A DNA stretch of 64,000 nucleotides from Candidatus Obscuribacteraceae bacterium (lineage in GTDB: Bacteria > Cyanobacteriota > Vampirovibrionia > Obscuribacterales > Obscuribacteraceae), in the NCBI GenBank assembly GCA_044226015.1, contig JBGAHS010000002.1:1107435-1171434 (forward strand), in the 5' to 3' direction. The notes beneath the pieces were generated by a model. It saw only the letters and a list, made by a program, of their open reading frames with translations, ran no database searches and was not told the DNA's origin. Position 1 is the stretch's first letter, and each line of letters begins with the position of its first letter. The position numbers and the translations under genes were made by a program. Positions 50,970-61,583 of the stretch are shown one piece after another.

Positions 50970-51470
50970 GAATCCACGGACAGATATGGTGTGGTCGAAA
51001 TGTTTCGTCCACATCTATCTGTCTTCTCGGGCAGAATCCTCACAAGGGATTCTGCCCTTTTCTTTTCTCTGGGCACTTTTTGACCTTTAAAATGCAAGAA
51101 TCAGAAGAAAGCGTGCTGCGGCCAATGCTCTTTCAGCATTTTAAATGGCTTTTTGTGATCGCAAAATGCGATCAAGATCTAAAAAATGGCTTGGGAAAGG
51201 GTTTCTCTTCCCTCGTTTCGTTGATTTAAAATACAGAAAGACGATGAAAAATTGGGTATTGACAGGATCGGCGCCTCATTGAAGGTGAAAAAGATGAGGA
51301 AACTGTTGAGATGATTGCGGCTGTAATTTCGTCATATCCTTCCGCAGAGAGGGAGACAAAATTGTCTCCCTCTCTTACGTTTCCACACTCGCTTCCTAAA
51401 CTGTTACTTCAGCCAGCTTTCCACAGCTTTTGCAGTAGCTTTTGAAGTAGCTTTTGCAGTAACCGTTGCC

Positions 51471-52016
51471 TCAGCTATTGCCCTGGATCTTGCAGAGGAA
51501 GCGGAACAAAGCCGCTTGAGCCATCATGTCCGACGACTCACGAGCAAACTGAGCGAAGGTCATCCACTGACCATTTGGTGGCAGCAAATAATCAGTGCGT
51601 CCCGTCTCAGTAACATCAACAACGCCGCAGCGAATCGTTCCAATGATTCGAGCGGAGTTCGAGCGACCAATGCCGAGTTCGGTCACGGGATAGTGCACTA
51701 ATTTGGCGTTATCGACCGAATTTCGTGCAGCTTCCAGCAGCATCTCGCAACCATTTGCCCCAACGCGTTTGACTTCGCAAACGGCAACCTCCCATTCATT
51801 GTCCGCAAGACGAACGAGTGGCAGGACAGACCCGCAAATACCTTCAGCATCGCAGTTTTCCCGAACCACTGGTTGGATGTAGCCGAGGGAATCGTCGAAT
51901 TCAACGCTGAAGAAGCGACCATCAGCGCGTTCAAAGCGGGGAATTCCTGAAATCGTGGCTACGCGCCATTGACCATCAACCTGAACTAGAACTTCTGTTT
52001 CCTGATTTTTGGACAT
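51471..52016 (-). CDS. Hypothetical protein
   Basis: 181-aa ORF with a hairpin downstream at about 51347-51374. Confidence 0.55.
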   Translation of the reverse strand: MSKNQETEVLVQVDGQWRVATISGIPRFERADGRFFSVEFDDSLGYIQPVVRENCDAEGICGSVLPLVRLADNEWEVAVCEVKRVGANGCEMLLEAARNSVDNAKLVHYPVTELGIGRSNSARIIGTIRCGVVDVTETGRTDYLLPPNGQWMTFAQFARESSDMMAQAALFRFLCKIQGNS

Positions 52017-52459
52017 ATCGAACTAACTTTCATTTCTTGGAAGGGACAAAAAAACACCTGACTCTCTCCAAGCAAAAGAGTCGATGACAAACTAGCTCAT
52101 AACAATAAGCGGATTCTTCAAAAATTTCTGATTTAGCTAAATTCAGTAGATTGTTGTTGAATCCTACATTTCGAGAGAGCATTAACGAGATACTAGATTG
52201 GTAGCAAGAATGCCCCTGACGCTACAAGCAAATATCGGGTAGAAATACGGTCATAATTCAAAGCTGTCAGTTGAAACAATGATAATAAATCACGTATGCC
52301 CCAATGAAACCAGTCTTTCCAGCCTTCTCGATCCATGGTTTCGCTCGCACAGAGATTGCGCTATCCTCTAATCCAACCTCGAATTGCTCCGAAAATCGCT
52401 TTAGCGCAACTCCTCTGATGGTTCGCAGTGGCACCTCAAAAGTGCAACGAAGGCATCCC

Positions 52460-52720
52460 TCGCAACTCCGCAACGCACCCGGCACCCCCATGAAGCACTG
52501 CGGATCCGATTTAGCATCTCTTTCGGATCCCGCTCCGCAACGCACCGCGGCAACCTTCTCCCCATAAAGCACTGTGGATCCGATTTAGCATCTCTTACGG
52601 ATCCCGCTTCGCATCAATCATTCTCTCGCAACTCCCCAACGCACCGCGGCAACCTTCTCCATAAAGCACTGTGGATCCGATTTGGCATCTCTTACGGTTC
52701 CCGCTCCGCATCAATCATTC
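52460..52720. repeat. Imperfect direct repeats, 3 copies
   Basis: AAGCACTG(C/T)GGATCCGATTT(A/G)GCATCTCTT at about 52493, 52567 and 52664. Confidence 0.8.
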
Positions 52721-53170
52721 ACATCTTCCTATGAAACCTGCGGAAGATATGAGTGAAAGCTTAGGCGCACTCACCATCGTGCCTGTAGCCAATTTTACAT
52801 CGCCAGTGCTGGATGAAATGGACGCCTTTTCAAAAGCAGTCAGATTCCCCGCCAAACTAACGTCACCAACAGAGGAGACTGAAACCCTTTCTCCGATTAT
52901 TTGCCCGCCGACGCTAAGTTGGGTACCTGCGGTCAAAGTGAGATCCAGTCGAAATCACACCACCACTTTTCCCGGATCCATCTGCGCCCAAGAGAGGAGT
53001 GCCACCACCACCAGTGCCACTTACGCCAATTTGTGAGGCACTACCAGCGTTTTTTGCAGAACCGCCAGAGCTGATACCGCCACCTCCTGTACCGCCAGCG
53101 GGTCCATTGATGCCGGAACCGGGTGACCCGCCACCACCGCCTACTCCATAGCTGCCGCCTCCGCCGCACC
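52715..53170 (-). pseudogene. Frameshifted remnant of a Gly-rich adhesin/haemagglutinin-like gene
   Basis: GGGGSYGVGGGGGSPG... frame without a start shifts into LTAGTQLSVGG...VSLAGNLTA. Confidence 0.55.
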
Positions 53171-53191
53171 GTATTTATTTAAAAATGCCCG

Positions 53192-54097
53192 TTAGGAAAC
53201 TGTTTGCAATAATGCTCTGTAAACTTCAAGGAGCCTCTTGCGGACTGCCTGCCCTTGCAAGAACAGATCTTTCTGCAATTCTACGTATTCGGCGCGACCC
53301 TCAATCGTTTCGATTTTGATTGGTGTCACGCCGAAGGCTGTAAGGTCGTAGGGACTGGCCCGCATGTCTATTTCTCGAGCGGCCACTGCCAAAACAAATG
53401 CGTCGCCAACCAAGTCGCTCGGACAAAATGGCGCTATCTTGTAGGCGAATTTGTAGCTATCCATATTTACATGCAGGCAGGCTGGTTGATCATTGCTCAT
53501 TACCTGCTCTCGCTCGAGGTTGGTGCGATTGAGGGGCATTGCATCCTTTGTGAAGAAGCGGTAGGCATCGTAATGCGTACATCGAATTGGAAGTTCTTCC
53601 ACCAACTGATCAGTGCACACCGAGCCAAGACGGCAGGGAATATTGCTGTATCTGAGTTCATCGGACTTGTATACCATTGCCCATTCGTGGAGACCGTAGC
53701 ATGAGTATAACGGTACACGTTCTGATACGGTTTCCAGATATTCGATGCACCAGTGCAAATACTCTATGCGATGAGCTGGAAACGCCTGTGCTTGCAATTC
53801 GAGCCCTAATTCTGTTAGTGAGAACTGCGCCCACTCTACGTCGAGCTTAGTGGCGCCTTCCAGAGTTACGCCAAAGCCGGGCGTCCAACGCAGCAGATGT
53901 GCCGGACGAAAGGAATAATAGTCGAACATGAAATCATAGACAGGATGGCGTTTGTGGTTCCTCGAACGCATAACCCGGTCCTCTGCCCAAGGACGGACAA
54001 GTTGGAGATAGGCTTCACGTCGTACCTTCCAAATCTCCGCTGTGAGTGTTGCACCGACCGGATGTGGCATCGAATGGGAGCCGGTAACTTTATCCAC
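53192..54097 (-). CDS. Conserved protein of the family usually labelled '3-methyladenine DNA glycosylase' (function not established)
   Basis: HPVYDFMFDYY, CYGLHEWAMVY, CTHYDAYRFFT, QPACLHVNMD and DMRASPYDL motifs. Confidence 0.75.
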   Translation of the reverse strand: MDKVTGSHSMPHPVGATLTAEIWKVRREAYLQLVRPWAEDRVMRSRNHKRHPVYDFMFDYYSFRPAHLLRWTPGFGVTLEGATKLDVEWAQFSLTELGLELQAQAFPAHRIEYLHWCIEYLETVSERVPLYSCYGLHEWAMVYKSDELRYSNIPCRLGSVCTDQLVEELPIRCTHYDAYRFFTKDAMPLNRTNLEREQVMSNDQPACLHVNMDSYKFAYKIAPFCPSDLVGDAFVLAVAAREIDMRASPYDLTAFGVTPIKIETIEGRAEYVELQKDLFLQGQAVRKRLLEVYRALLQTVS

Positions 54098-54631
54098 TTA
54101 AATTAGGACCTCACCTCAATTATGCGATTCTGTCGGTCAAACAATTACACAACGTGGAATTTGCTCTTCTCATATTAACCGGAAATTGAATTCGCCGGGC
54201 TTCCGTCGAATGTGGTTTGACTGCACGGCGCCGCTACATGTTTTTATGCAGTTATTATCCTCGATATTTAGTCCGTTTTTTATCACCCGAATTATTCATG
54301 GGATACCAAAGCAATTTTCAAAAAGGACTGGGCAATTCCTTAACAACACAACGGGATCGAAATCGCCTACCTACAAATAAGCTGCAGATCTTGCGGCTGC
54401 TTTAAAATGCAAAAGCACCGAAAGAAAGGTGCTGTTTATCAATGTTTGATGCAAATACTCAGCAAGAGAACTCGTCAAAATTACATGAAAACCCGCCTCA
54501 CATCCTCGAAAGCTAAAAATCTAAAAAAAATCCCACTATATGCATGAATAGACCAGGGCAAAAGACAGAAAGCGGATGATGAGATGTGAATCTCTCATCC
54601 GCTTTTCTGTGGTAAACACAACCGTTATTGC

Positions 54632-55777
54632 TTAGACCTGACCCAGCGCAATCTTCAGCACGTCGATGCCGTTGTTGAGCGCGTGAAGGAAAATTCCCGA
54701 GTACAGAGAACCTGTACGCCGGTAAATTTCCGCTTGCACACAGCCAAGAACGAAGAGCAAGACCAACGTGGTCGGATGGAATTGCATGTGCATCAACGAA
54801 AACAACAGTGCACTTAAAATCACCGCACTGAATTCCGCACGCTTGCCTCCAAGCAGCAAGTGCACTCGCCGTGCGAATCGGCTGAAGATTCCAGCATCCG
54901 GCTTCAACTGAGCAGCTTCCCGCTTCAGCGAACACCGAATAATCTGAAACAGGAAACCGCGAAACACGATTTCCTCAAACAGCGGCGCACCAACAACTGC
55001 CATCAGCGCAAACAGAAAGAAGTTCCCTCCTGTAGCCGATTTGGCCAGGTCGACCGTAGACTGCTGCGGAGGACCCATAACATACACCACTGCCTCGCTG
55101 AGACCTTGCGCAATGCCATATGCCAGGAGCACAGGCAGCACGGTTTTCAGCAACGTCGCGCCCCACCAAGAACCTTTGAGGGGTTCAAAGGTCAGAGCCA
55201 TTGCTTCTTTCAGAGACACGCCTTCCTTTCGCAGGCTGCGTGCGATGTAGCGTACCTGCATACCGAAACCCATGACGAATCCGACCAGACTGAGTCCGAT
55301 CATGAACGTCACGTTAGCGGTTCCGTCAGAGTTTGAAATGACGCGGGAAACCCAATCAATCACCCGAGGAAACGGATGATCCATCATCGCAAGGAGGTAG
55401 GGGAACACAGTTGCAAAAACCGCTCCGAAGAGCAAGTAGCTTCGTAGATTTCGCACAATTCGCGCGCGCTTGTCGGAACATTCCGCCAGCCATAGCCACA
55501 GGTAGTGAGCCACACCGGCAGTCAGCATCGCAGAAACCGCAGTAATCGAAAGAACTCGGATGGTACCACCAATGGTGAGAAACTCACTACAAATCGCCGG
55601 ATAATAGGCGAGTCCAAAGATGGAAGCGATCACCAGAAATGGCACCAGGAAAGTACCTACAGCAAAATGCAGCAAAGCTACGCCGTATTTTTTTCCAGCT
55701 GTTTGTACGCTCCACGGAAAGCTCACAGGAAGCTTACTTTCCGCGAAAAGGACCTCAAGAAATCTGTTCATGAGCAT
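54632..55777 (-). CDS. CPBP (CAAX-type) intramembrane metalloprotease
   Basis: EEIVFRG, FSLMH and HALNN motifs; start re-called at ATG 55777. Confidence 0.88.
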   Translation of the reverse strand: MLMNRFLEVLFAESKLPVSFPWSVQTAGKKYGVALLHFAVGTFLVPFLVIASIFGLAYYPAICSEFLTIGGTIRVLSITAVSAMLTAGVAHYLWLWLAECSDKRARIVRNLRSYLLFGAVFATVFPYLLAMMDHPFPRVIDWVSRVISNSDGTANVTFMIGLSLVGFVMGFGMQVRYIARSLRKEGVSLKEAMALTFEPLKGSWWGATLLKTVLPVLLAYGIAQGLSEAVVYVMGPPQQSTVDLAKSATGGNFFLFALMAVVGAPLFEEIVFRGFLFQIIRCSLKREAAQLKPDAGIFSRFARRVHLLLGGKRAEFSAVILSALLFSLMHMQFHPTTLVLLFVLGCVQAEIYRRTGSLYSGIFLHALNNGIDVLKIALGQV

Positions 55778-55893
55778 TTCCTCGCCAGTCGGACTGGCAT
55801 GTGAATAAATCGAACAAAAAAGAGATAGGAGGTGCACCTGCACAAGACAGATGCACCTCCTTCTCGAGCAGGGCTACGCACCCTACCTGCTTG

Positions 55894-57342
55894 TTACTCC
55901 TTCGGAGCAGGAAGCGCCTTGGTCGCCGTCGGATTCACCGCCAAGTCATCAGCCTCGTGAATGCGGCAGAGCAGATTCATCTGCTCGCGAGTGCCCTTCA
56001 CGATGAGCTGGAAGACGAACGGTGCGACCCGCTGATACGACACGTGAGTGACTTCAACCTCGATGACGTTCTCCAGCGTGTGGATGACATCGAAGGCCAA
56101 CTTCATCATCTTCTCACTGTTGTCGCCGCGAGAGATGACGCTGAACTCCTGGATGCCTCCTCCGTTCTTCGCTGCAAGCGCTGCCTTCCGCAGGTCACGC
56201 TGCAAGCTCAGGTTGACGACGCCGCCACCCTTGCCACGCTTGACGATGATGCGCTCATTCTCACCGACGCCCAGCGCATTCTTCGCCACCGAGAACTCGA
56301 GCGCAGTCCCTTCGGCGTTCACCGAAATGCGAACAATGTCACCACCGTTCACCTTGCCGGTGACAAGCAAACGACCCAGAGGCATGAGCACGTCGCGGTT
56401 GATAACCCGCTTCAGCTCAGCCACGTTGTTGTTCACTTCACGCAGCATGAACTGCTTCGCGTCGTCCGTGACTTCGATCGTGAAGTCCTTGCCGGCCTCC
56501 ATCTCCTCGCTGATGCGCTTGCGCACAGCAGAGAATTCGGAATCGACAATCTTCACAAGCGTGTCGCTGGTGAAGGGCTGGAACACCACGATTGCGTCCA
56601 GGCGGTTACGGAACTCCGGCTTGTAGGCACGCTTGATCTCTTCCATGACCACATCATCGACCTTGGACTCGCGAGTGCTCTGCACGAAGCCCATCGACGG
56701 ACGCTGTTCGCGTTCGAAGCGATCCATGCCGATGTTCGAAGTCAGGATGAAGATGGTGTTGCGGAAATCAGCGACCATGCCGTTGCCCAAACGAGCCACG
56801 CCCTTGTCGAAGACGCCCATCCAGAACTTGTAGAAGTCGGGACTGGACTTTTCGAACTCCTCGATCACGACGACGTCCACAGTCTCTCCCGAGTTCAGAC
56901 GAACGCGACGGAGATTGTGGGGCGACACGACCGAGTAGGGATCGGTCTCGTGGTCTTCGAGCTTGTTCTTGGGGTCCTTGGGGTCACGGAAGCCAACATA
57001 GCTGGGAGGGGCGCCCTTCAGTTCGAGCAACTGGTGGTCTTCCGTGTAGTCAGACGCCTGGATGCGAGTCAACGCTTCCGGGTCGCCATGGAGGATCTCG
57101 GCAATGGTGGCGCCTGTGTGTGACTTACCGGTTCGCGAGGGACCGGCAAGGAAGAAGATCCCGATTGGACGAGTACGGTCGCGCAGCGGGTTCTTCGCCA
57201 TGTTGTAAGCCAACTGGGCGACACGCAGTGCGCCAGGCTGACCAATGACCTTGCTGCCGAAACGTTCCGCGAAGGCGATTTCCTCGTGGCTCAGTTCGGT
57301 GTGGTCAACAACAGTGTAGATGGCGGTGTTAGTGGTAGTCAT
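55894..57342 (-). CDS. Single-module Clp/Hsp100-type AAA+ ATPase (NBD2-like) with an extra C-terminal domain
   Basis: VIGQ, RPIGIFFLAGPSRTGKS, GAPPSYVG, IEEFEK, TSNIG and PEFRNRLD; ATG at 57342 with AGGAG SD. Confidence 0.85.
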   Translation of the reverse strand: MTTTNTAIYTVVDHTELSHEEIAFAERFGSKVIGQPGALRVAQLAYNMAKNPLRDRTRPIGIFFLAGPSRTGKSHTGATIAEILHGDPEALTRIQASDYTEDHQLLELKGAPPSYVGFRDPKDPKNKLEDHETDPYSVVSPHNLRRVRLNSGETVDVVVIEEFEKSSPDFYKFWMGVFDKGVARLGNGMVADFRNTIFILTSNIGMDRFEREQRPSMGFVQSTRESKVDDVVMEEIKRAYKPEFRNRLDAIVVFQPFTSDTLVKIVDSEFSAVRKRISEEMEAGKDFTIEVTDDAKQFMLREVNNNVAELKRVINRDVLMPLGRLLVTGKVNGGDIVRISVNAEGTALEFSVAKNALGVGENERIIVKRGKGGGVVNLSLQRDLRKAALAAKNGGGIQEFSVISRGDNSEKMMKLAFDVIHTLENVIEVEVTHVSYQRVAPFVFQLIVKGTREQMNLLCRIHEADDLAVNPTATKALPAPKE

Positions 57343-57589
57343 GATGATTCTCCTTTTGGCTTTGCAGCCGAGTTTTGGCGTTTCCGCCGGGTTCATGTGA
57401 AACAAATCTCCGGCAGTCATAGGAGCTGCCGGGAGGGTGCTCTCACACAGGAGAGCGAGTTAGACAACCACTCCAAGCACGAGGCTGAAGCGCTGTCGAC
57501 TTTCTGTTCTAGTCCTGCAATGCAGGCGAAAACGCCGTGACTCAAGAGCCACGGCGTTTACGTCTGAACTGCAAAACTACTTGTAAGAA

Positions 57590-58258
57590 TCAGACCAGTT
57601 GCTTGGAAATCTTAAGCATGTCCAGATAAGAACGCTTCTCGTCCTGCTTGGCGCATCCAAAGATTTTTTCTACCAGGTCATATATGCAAGATTGCGCACT
57701 AGATGATTCCTCACCAAGCGGAACAATGCATTCGATTTCGAAAAAATTTCCCGAGAATTCACCCAGACCGCTTACTCTGTCCACACTCACGACAACATCT
57801 TTCTCGTTGTGTCTTCCAGAGAAGAGGGCTCTTTCTTTACTAAAGCTCAGTAGTTCGCTTGGGCTTGCAGAGCGGGCTAGCATCACTACGATAGTGCGCA
57901 ACAGAGGACCGACCTCAGTCTCGCTTTCCTTTCGTTCTCTGCCACCACTTGCTGTTTCTACCCAACTCTTCAGGGTGAACACACACTTAACTCCAGCCGA
58001 GCCTCGTTCATCACGAACACGCATCATTTCCCCAGCTTCACGCGAAGGAATGAACGTGTCAGTCATGTGTACGCTGCCATCAGGTTTTAGTCCGAGTTCA
58101 CGCAGTTTCATGGGCAGAGATTCTGATTCCTGAGCGCTAATCGGAAATTTCCGTTCAACCTCAAGATGACCCTTTTTCGCCTTCGACTGAACAAACCACG
58201 CGAACGCTGTTTGCAAAGCCTTCAGGACTATGGAACCGAATATGCATTTGCTTTTCAT
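57590..58258 (-). CDS. CYTH domain protein
   Basis: EVERKF, D.F, RVR, K.R, DRVSGLG.F.EIE and SYLDM motifs; start uncertain. Confidence 0.85.
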   Translation of the reverse strand: MKSKCIFGSIVLKALQTAFAWFVQSKAKKGHLEVERKFPISAQESESLPMKLRELGLKPDGSVHMTDTFIPSREAGEMMRVRDERGSAGVKCVFTLKSWVETASGGRERKESETEVGPLLRTIVVMLARSASPSELLSFSKERALFSGRHNEKDVVVSVDRVSGLGEFSGNFFEIECIVPLGEESSSAQSCIYDLVEKIFGCAKQDEKRSYLDMLKISKQLV

Positions 58259-58726
58259 TTCTCGACCTGTAGCTGGGGCTATCAGGCTTATTCCCGAAGG
58301 GATACAGATTCAACGAGGTTAATCGCTGAGAAATGGAATCGAAATAGAACAGAAACGAGGGGTTTGGGGCTATCTGCTAGGGTCGGGGGATGAATATAAA
58401 GACAACCTTAACGTACCAAGAATCCCCTCTTCCTCAAAAGGCTGCCCCGAAGCCCTGGCAGAGCTGAAGTCCCTCACAAGCACAACGTTTGCGGAGATCC
58501 ACATTCCTAATATGTGGAAATTCACATCTACTGGCAGCAAAGTTAACAGTCTCGCAAGGTTGTGATACCAGGCTTTACAGTGATTTTAGTGACAGGGAGA
58601 AGCTGGGATAAGCGTTCACGGAAGTTAGCGTGCCGCTTAATAATCCTGAGAACGCGAGCTTGTGTAGACTATAATCTGTACAAGTCATTGAACAATTCAT
58701 TGGGTTTCGGGCTCCTCAAACTCTGA

Positions 58727-58748
58727 TTTGGATCGATATCGATCCAAA
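58727..58748. repeat. Single palindrome variant
   Basis: TTTGGATCGATATCGATCCAAA. Confidence 0.85.
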
Positions 58749-58821
58749 TCGGAGAATTCACTGGCTTTCCAGTCACATTGCTAAGAGCAAGAATCTCCCG
58801 GGAGCGTTCCTGTAAAAGGTC

Positions 58822-59079
58822 ATGAGTTCATGCATCAAATGCATCGACGCGCTAAACTTTCTTCGCTCCAAATCAAGGAATTTTGAAATGCTTAGATCAG
58901 AAGCCGAGGTGGTTTTCCGTCGTTGCATGGAAGATACAAAAGCTGAGTTCACCGAACAGCAAATTAAATGCATAGTCGAGGCAGTAATTAAAATAAGCGG
59001 ACGAATGGTCGAAGAAGCGTCGGCATCCTCGAACCGCGGGGCGGGACCAGGACGAAAGCAAGGCTATTTCGCCGACTAA
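58822..59079 (+). CDS. Small hypothetical protein; start may be 58888
   Basis: ORF abuts the amidohydrolase gene on the same strand. Confidence 0.55.
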   Translation: MSSCIKCIDALNFLRSKSRNFEMLRSEAEVVFRRCMEDTKAEFTEQQIKCIVEAVIKISGRMVEEASASSNRGAGPGRKQGYFAD

Positions 59080-59114
59080 TAAATTTGCACGCGTCAACTC
59101 TTAAAGGATCCATC

Positions 59115-60287
59115 ATGGCTGGAAGTCGACTCCTGGAAAAATCTCGCGAACTCGAAAAAGAAATCATAGAGTTGCGCCGTTATTTGCATAGTCATCCAGA
59201 ACTCAGTTTTCTCGAGTCAGAGACAGCTAAACTAGCTTCGAGCAAACTGAAAGAGCTGGGTTTCTCCGTACAAGAAAAAGTTGCAAAAACTGGCGTTGTT
59301 GGCGACATTGGTGTCGGACCAAAAACAGTGGCAATTCGAGCGGATATGGACGGACTCCCCATCCTCGAATGCAACAAGACCCCCTATAGGTCGAACAATC
59401 CTGGTGTCATGCACGCGTGTGGACATGACGCCCACGTTTCGTGTGGATTGGCCGCAGCGAAACTTTTATCATCGATGGAAACTCTTCCAGGGAAGCTGCG
59501 AATGATTATGCAACCATCGGAAGAAGACACTGATTCGGAAGGAAAATCCGGCGCCTTTAGAATGGTCGAAGAAGGTGTCATGGACGGAGTGTCGGCCGTG
59601 ATAGGACTTCACATGGACGCCTCGCTTGAGGCCGGAAAAGTAGCAATTATGTCCGGTCCTGTGATGGCTGCTTGTGATGGCTTTAAACTAACAGTTCAAG
59701 GAAAAGGTGGCCACGGTGCTTACCCTGAAAGTACCGTGGATTCTGTTGTGGTAGCAGCTCAAATCATCTCCGCGATTCAGCAAATTGTGTCACGTCGAAT
59801 CTCTCCCCTCGAACCGGCGGTTATAACCATCGGCTCCGTTCAGAGTTCGAGCACTCGCGGTAATGTGATTGCAGACAGCGTAGTTATGCTTGGCACCATA
59901 AGAAGCTTCACCGAAGCTGTGCGAACGAAACTGAGAGACGAATTGGAAAAGGCGTGTGCTCTCGCTCATGCTTTTGGAGCAGAATTCAAAATTGAATACG
60001 AGTTGGGATACCCTCCAACTGTGAATGATCCAAGAATTGCTGAAGTAATGAAACAGGCAGCAATTGATTTAATTGGTGCGGACAATGTAGTCACGCTTCC
60101 TTTGAAGACCTGGTCCGAGGATTTTTCGATGCTCGCACAAGCATCCCCAGGAGCTTTCATGTTCCTGGGAGGAAAAATGACCGATTACGAAAGAAGCCAT
60201 CATTCTCCCGATTTCGATATCAACGAAAGTGGTCTTTACTTAGGTCCGGCAATTTTGGCTGAAACGGCGCTTCGCCTTATGAAGTAA
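59115..60287 (+). CDS. M20D amidohydrolase (hippuricase/IAA-amino acid hydrolase-like)
   Basis: HSHPELS, RADMDGLP, MHACGHD, QPSEE, GKGGHGA, SEDFS and HHSPDF motifs. Confidence 0.92.
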   Translation: MAGSRLLEKSRELEKEIIELRRYLHSHPELSFLESETAKLASSKLKELGFSVQEKVAKTGVVGDIGVGPKTVAIRADMDGLPILECNKTPYRSNNPGVMHACGHDAHVSCGLAAAKLLSSMETLPGKLRMIMQPSEEDTDSEGKSGAFRMVEEGVMDGVSAVIGLHMDASLEAGKVAIMSGPVMAACDGFKLTVQGKGGHGAYPESTVDSVVVAAQIISAIQQIVSRRISPLEPAVITIGSVQSSSTRGNVIADSVVMLGTIRSFTEAVRTKLRDELEKACALAHAFGAEFKIEYELGYPPTVNDPRIAEVMKQAAIDLIGADNVVTLPLKTWSEDFSMLAQASPGAFMFLGGKMTDYERSHHSPDFDINESGLYLGPAILAETALRLMK

Positions 60288-60645
60288 GGGTTGGCGTCCT
60301 AGCGAACCCGCGCTTAGTTAGCGAACATGAACACATGTGTTCATAGTTGCCAAGCATCGCATAACCTTTGCACTAGGAGTTGGAGGGGCAATCTTAGTCA
60401 ACCGATGAAGCTACCTGCCGATTTTTGATTTTTGGCCGCAACCGAATCAGTCATCTAACCCATCCGTCACTTCCTTGCTGCACGGACCACCTAGACCCTT
60501 TGATTCCTTTAGCCCCTGCATCTCGGATCACATGAACTGAAGATCGGCCTGCATCTCGGATCATGAACCTGGTGGATCGCTTCCGAGAATCCCTACGGTG
60601 GATTTCGAGAAGAAATTATTAGACTCACAAGTCCAAACCAATTAT

Positions 60646-61035
60646 TTTGATCGATCAAAAACAGGACCAGAAATTTGCTGGGTCCTCAAAGATGGAAGTT
60701 TCCGGCTCTTCAAAAATCCCAGCGGACCGGTTGTAAAAGGTAATCCAACCAGAGAAATTTGACCGCCTTCACTCAAAACAGGACCAGAAATTTACCGGGT
60801 TTCCATCATTTCAAAACACGATTTTCGTCGATATCGATCAAAAATGGAAAATTGGCTGGGTTTCCGGCTCTTCAAAAGTAACAGCGGACCGGTTGCAAAG
60901 GGTCATCCAACCAGAGAAATTCGATCGCTATCACTCAAAAAACAGGACAAGAAATTTCCGGGTTTCCAGCATTTCAAAACACGATTTTCGTCGATATCGA
61001 TCAAAGATCGAAAATTGGCTGGGTTTCCGTCCTTT
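60646..61035. repeat. ~163-bp imperfect direct repeat containing palindrome copies
   Basis: Centres at 60830 and 60993; CAGCGGACCGGTTG...CCAACCAGAGAAATT duplicated. Confidence 0.8.
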
Positions 61036-61179
61036 CAAAACTCTGAGTTAGCGGGTTGCGAAAGCACAGCGACTTCCAAATGGAGGCTTGCAAATTGGTG
61101 GCACAGCGACTTGCATATGGGTGGCTTGCAACTGGGGCAAGGTGACTTGAAAATGAGAGGTCCCATTGAAAACCATTAG

Positions 61180-61314
61180 AGACCCCAGACCTCAGACCCC
61201 AGACCTCAGACCCCAGACCTCAGACCCCAGACCTCAGACCTCAGACCTCAGACCCCAGACCCCAGACCCCAGACCCCAGACCCCAGACCCCAGACCCCAG
61301 ACCCCAGACCCCAG
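61180..61314. repeat. 7-bp microsatellite CAGACC(C/T), ~19 units
   Basis: Directly visible in the sequence. Confidence 0.95.
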
Positions 61315-61583
61315 ATTTATACGATAAGACATAGTATATCAAAACGGAAAAACAAAAACACAGAAAAGTATTCAGTGATTGCAACACTTCACCACCGGTC
61401 AAGGCGATGAATGTTCACAGTTCAAGCAAAGGAGCCTCTGCTCTAAACTACGCATGAAGCTCAGCTTTCACACGCCGCAGCCAAGGAGGAGCCGAATCCT
61501 TTCAGCTCCCCTCCCATTTACGCTCCTCTGTTGACGCTGCCTCCGCAGGCGACCCGCATCGTGCTGAAGCCTAACGCTACTTC

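Noticed and set aside
51471..52016. Nudix hydrolase call
   Set aside because: Only a vague resemblance; the Nudix box is absent.
55801..57123. 440-aa plus-strand ORF
   Set aside because: Antisense to the AAA+ ATPase.
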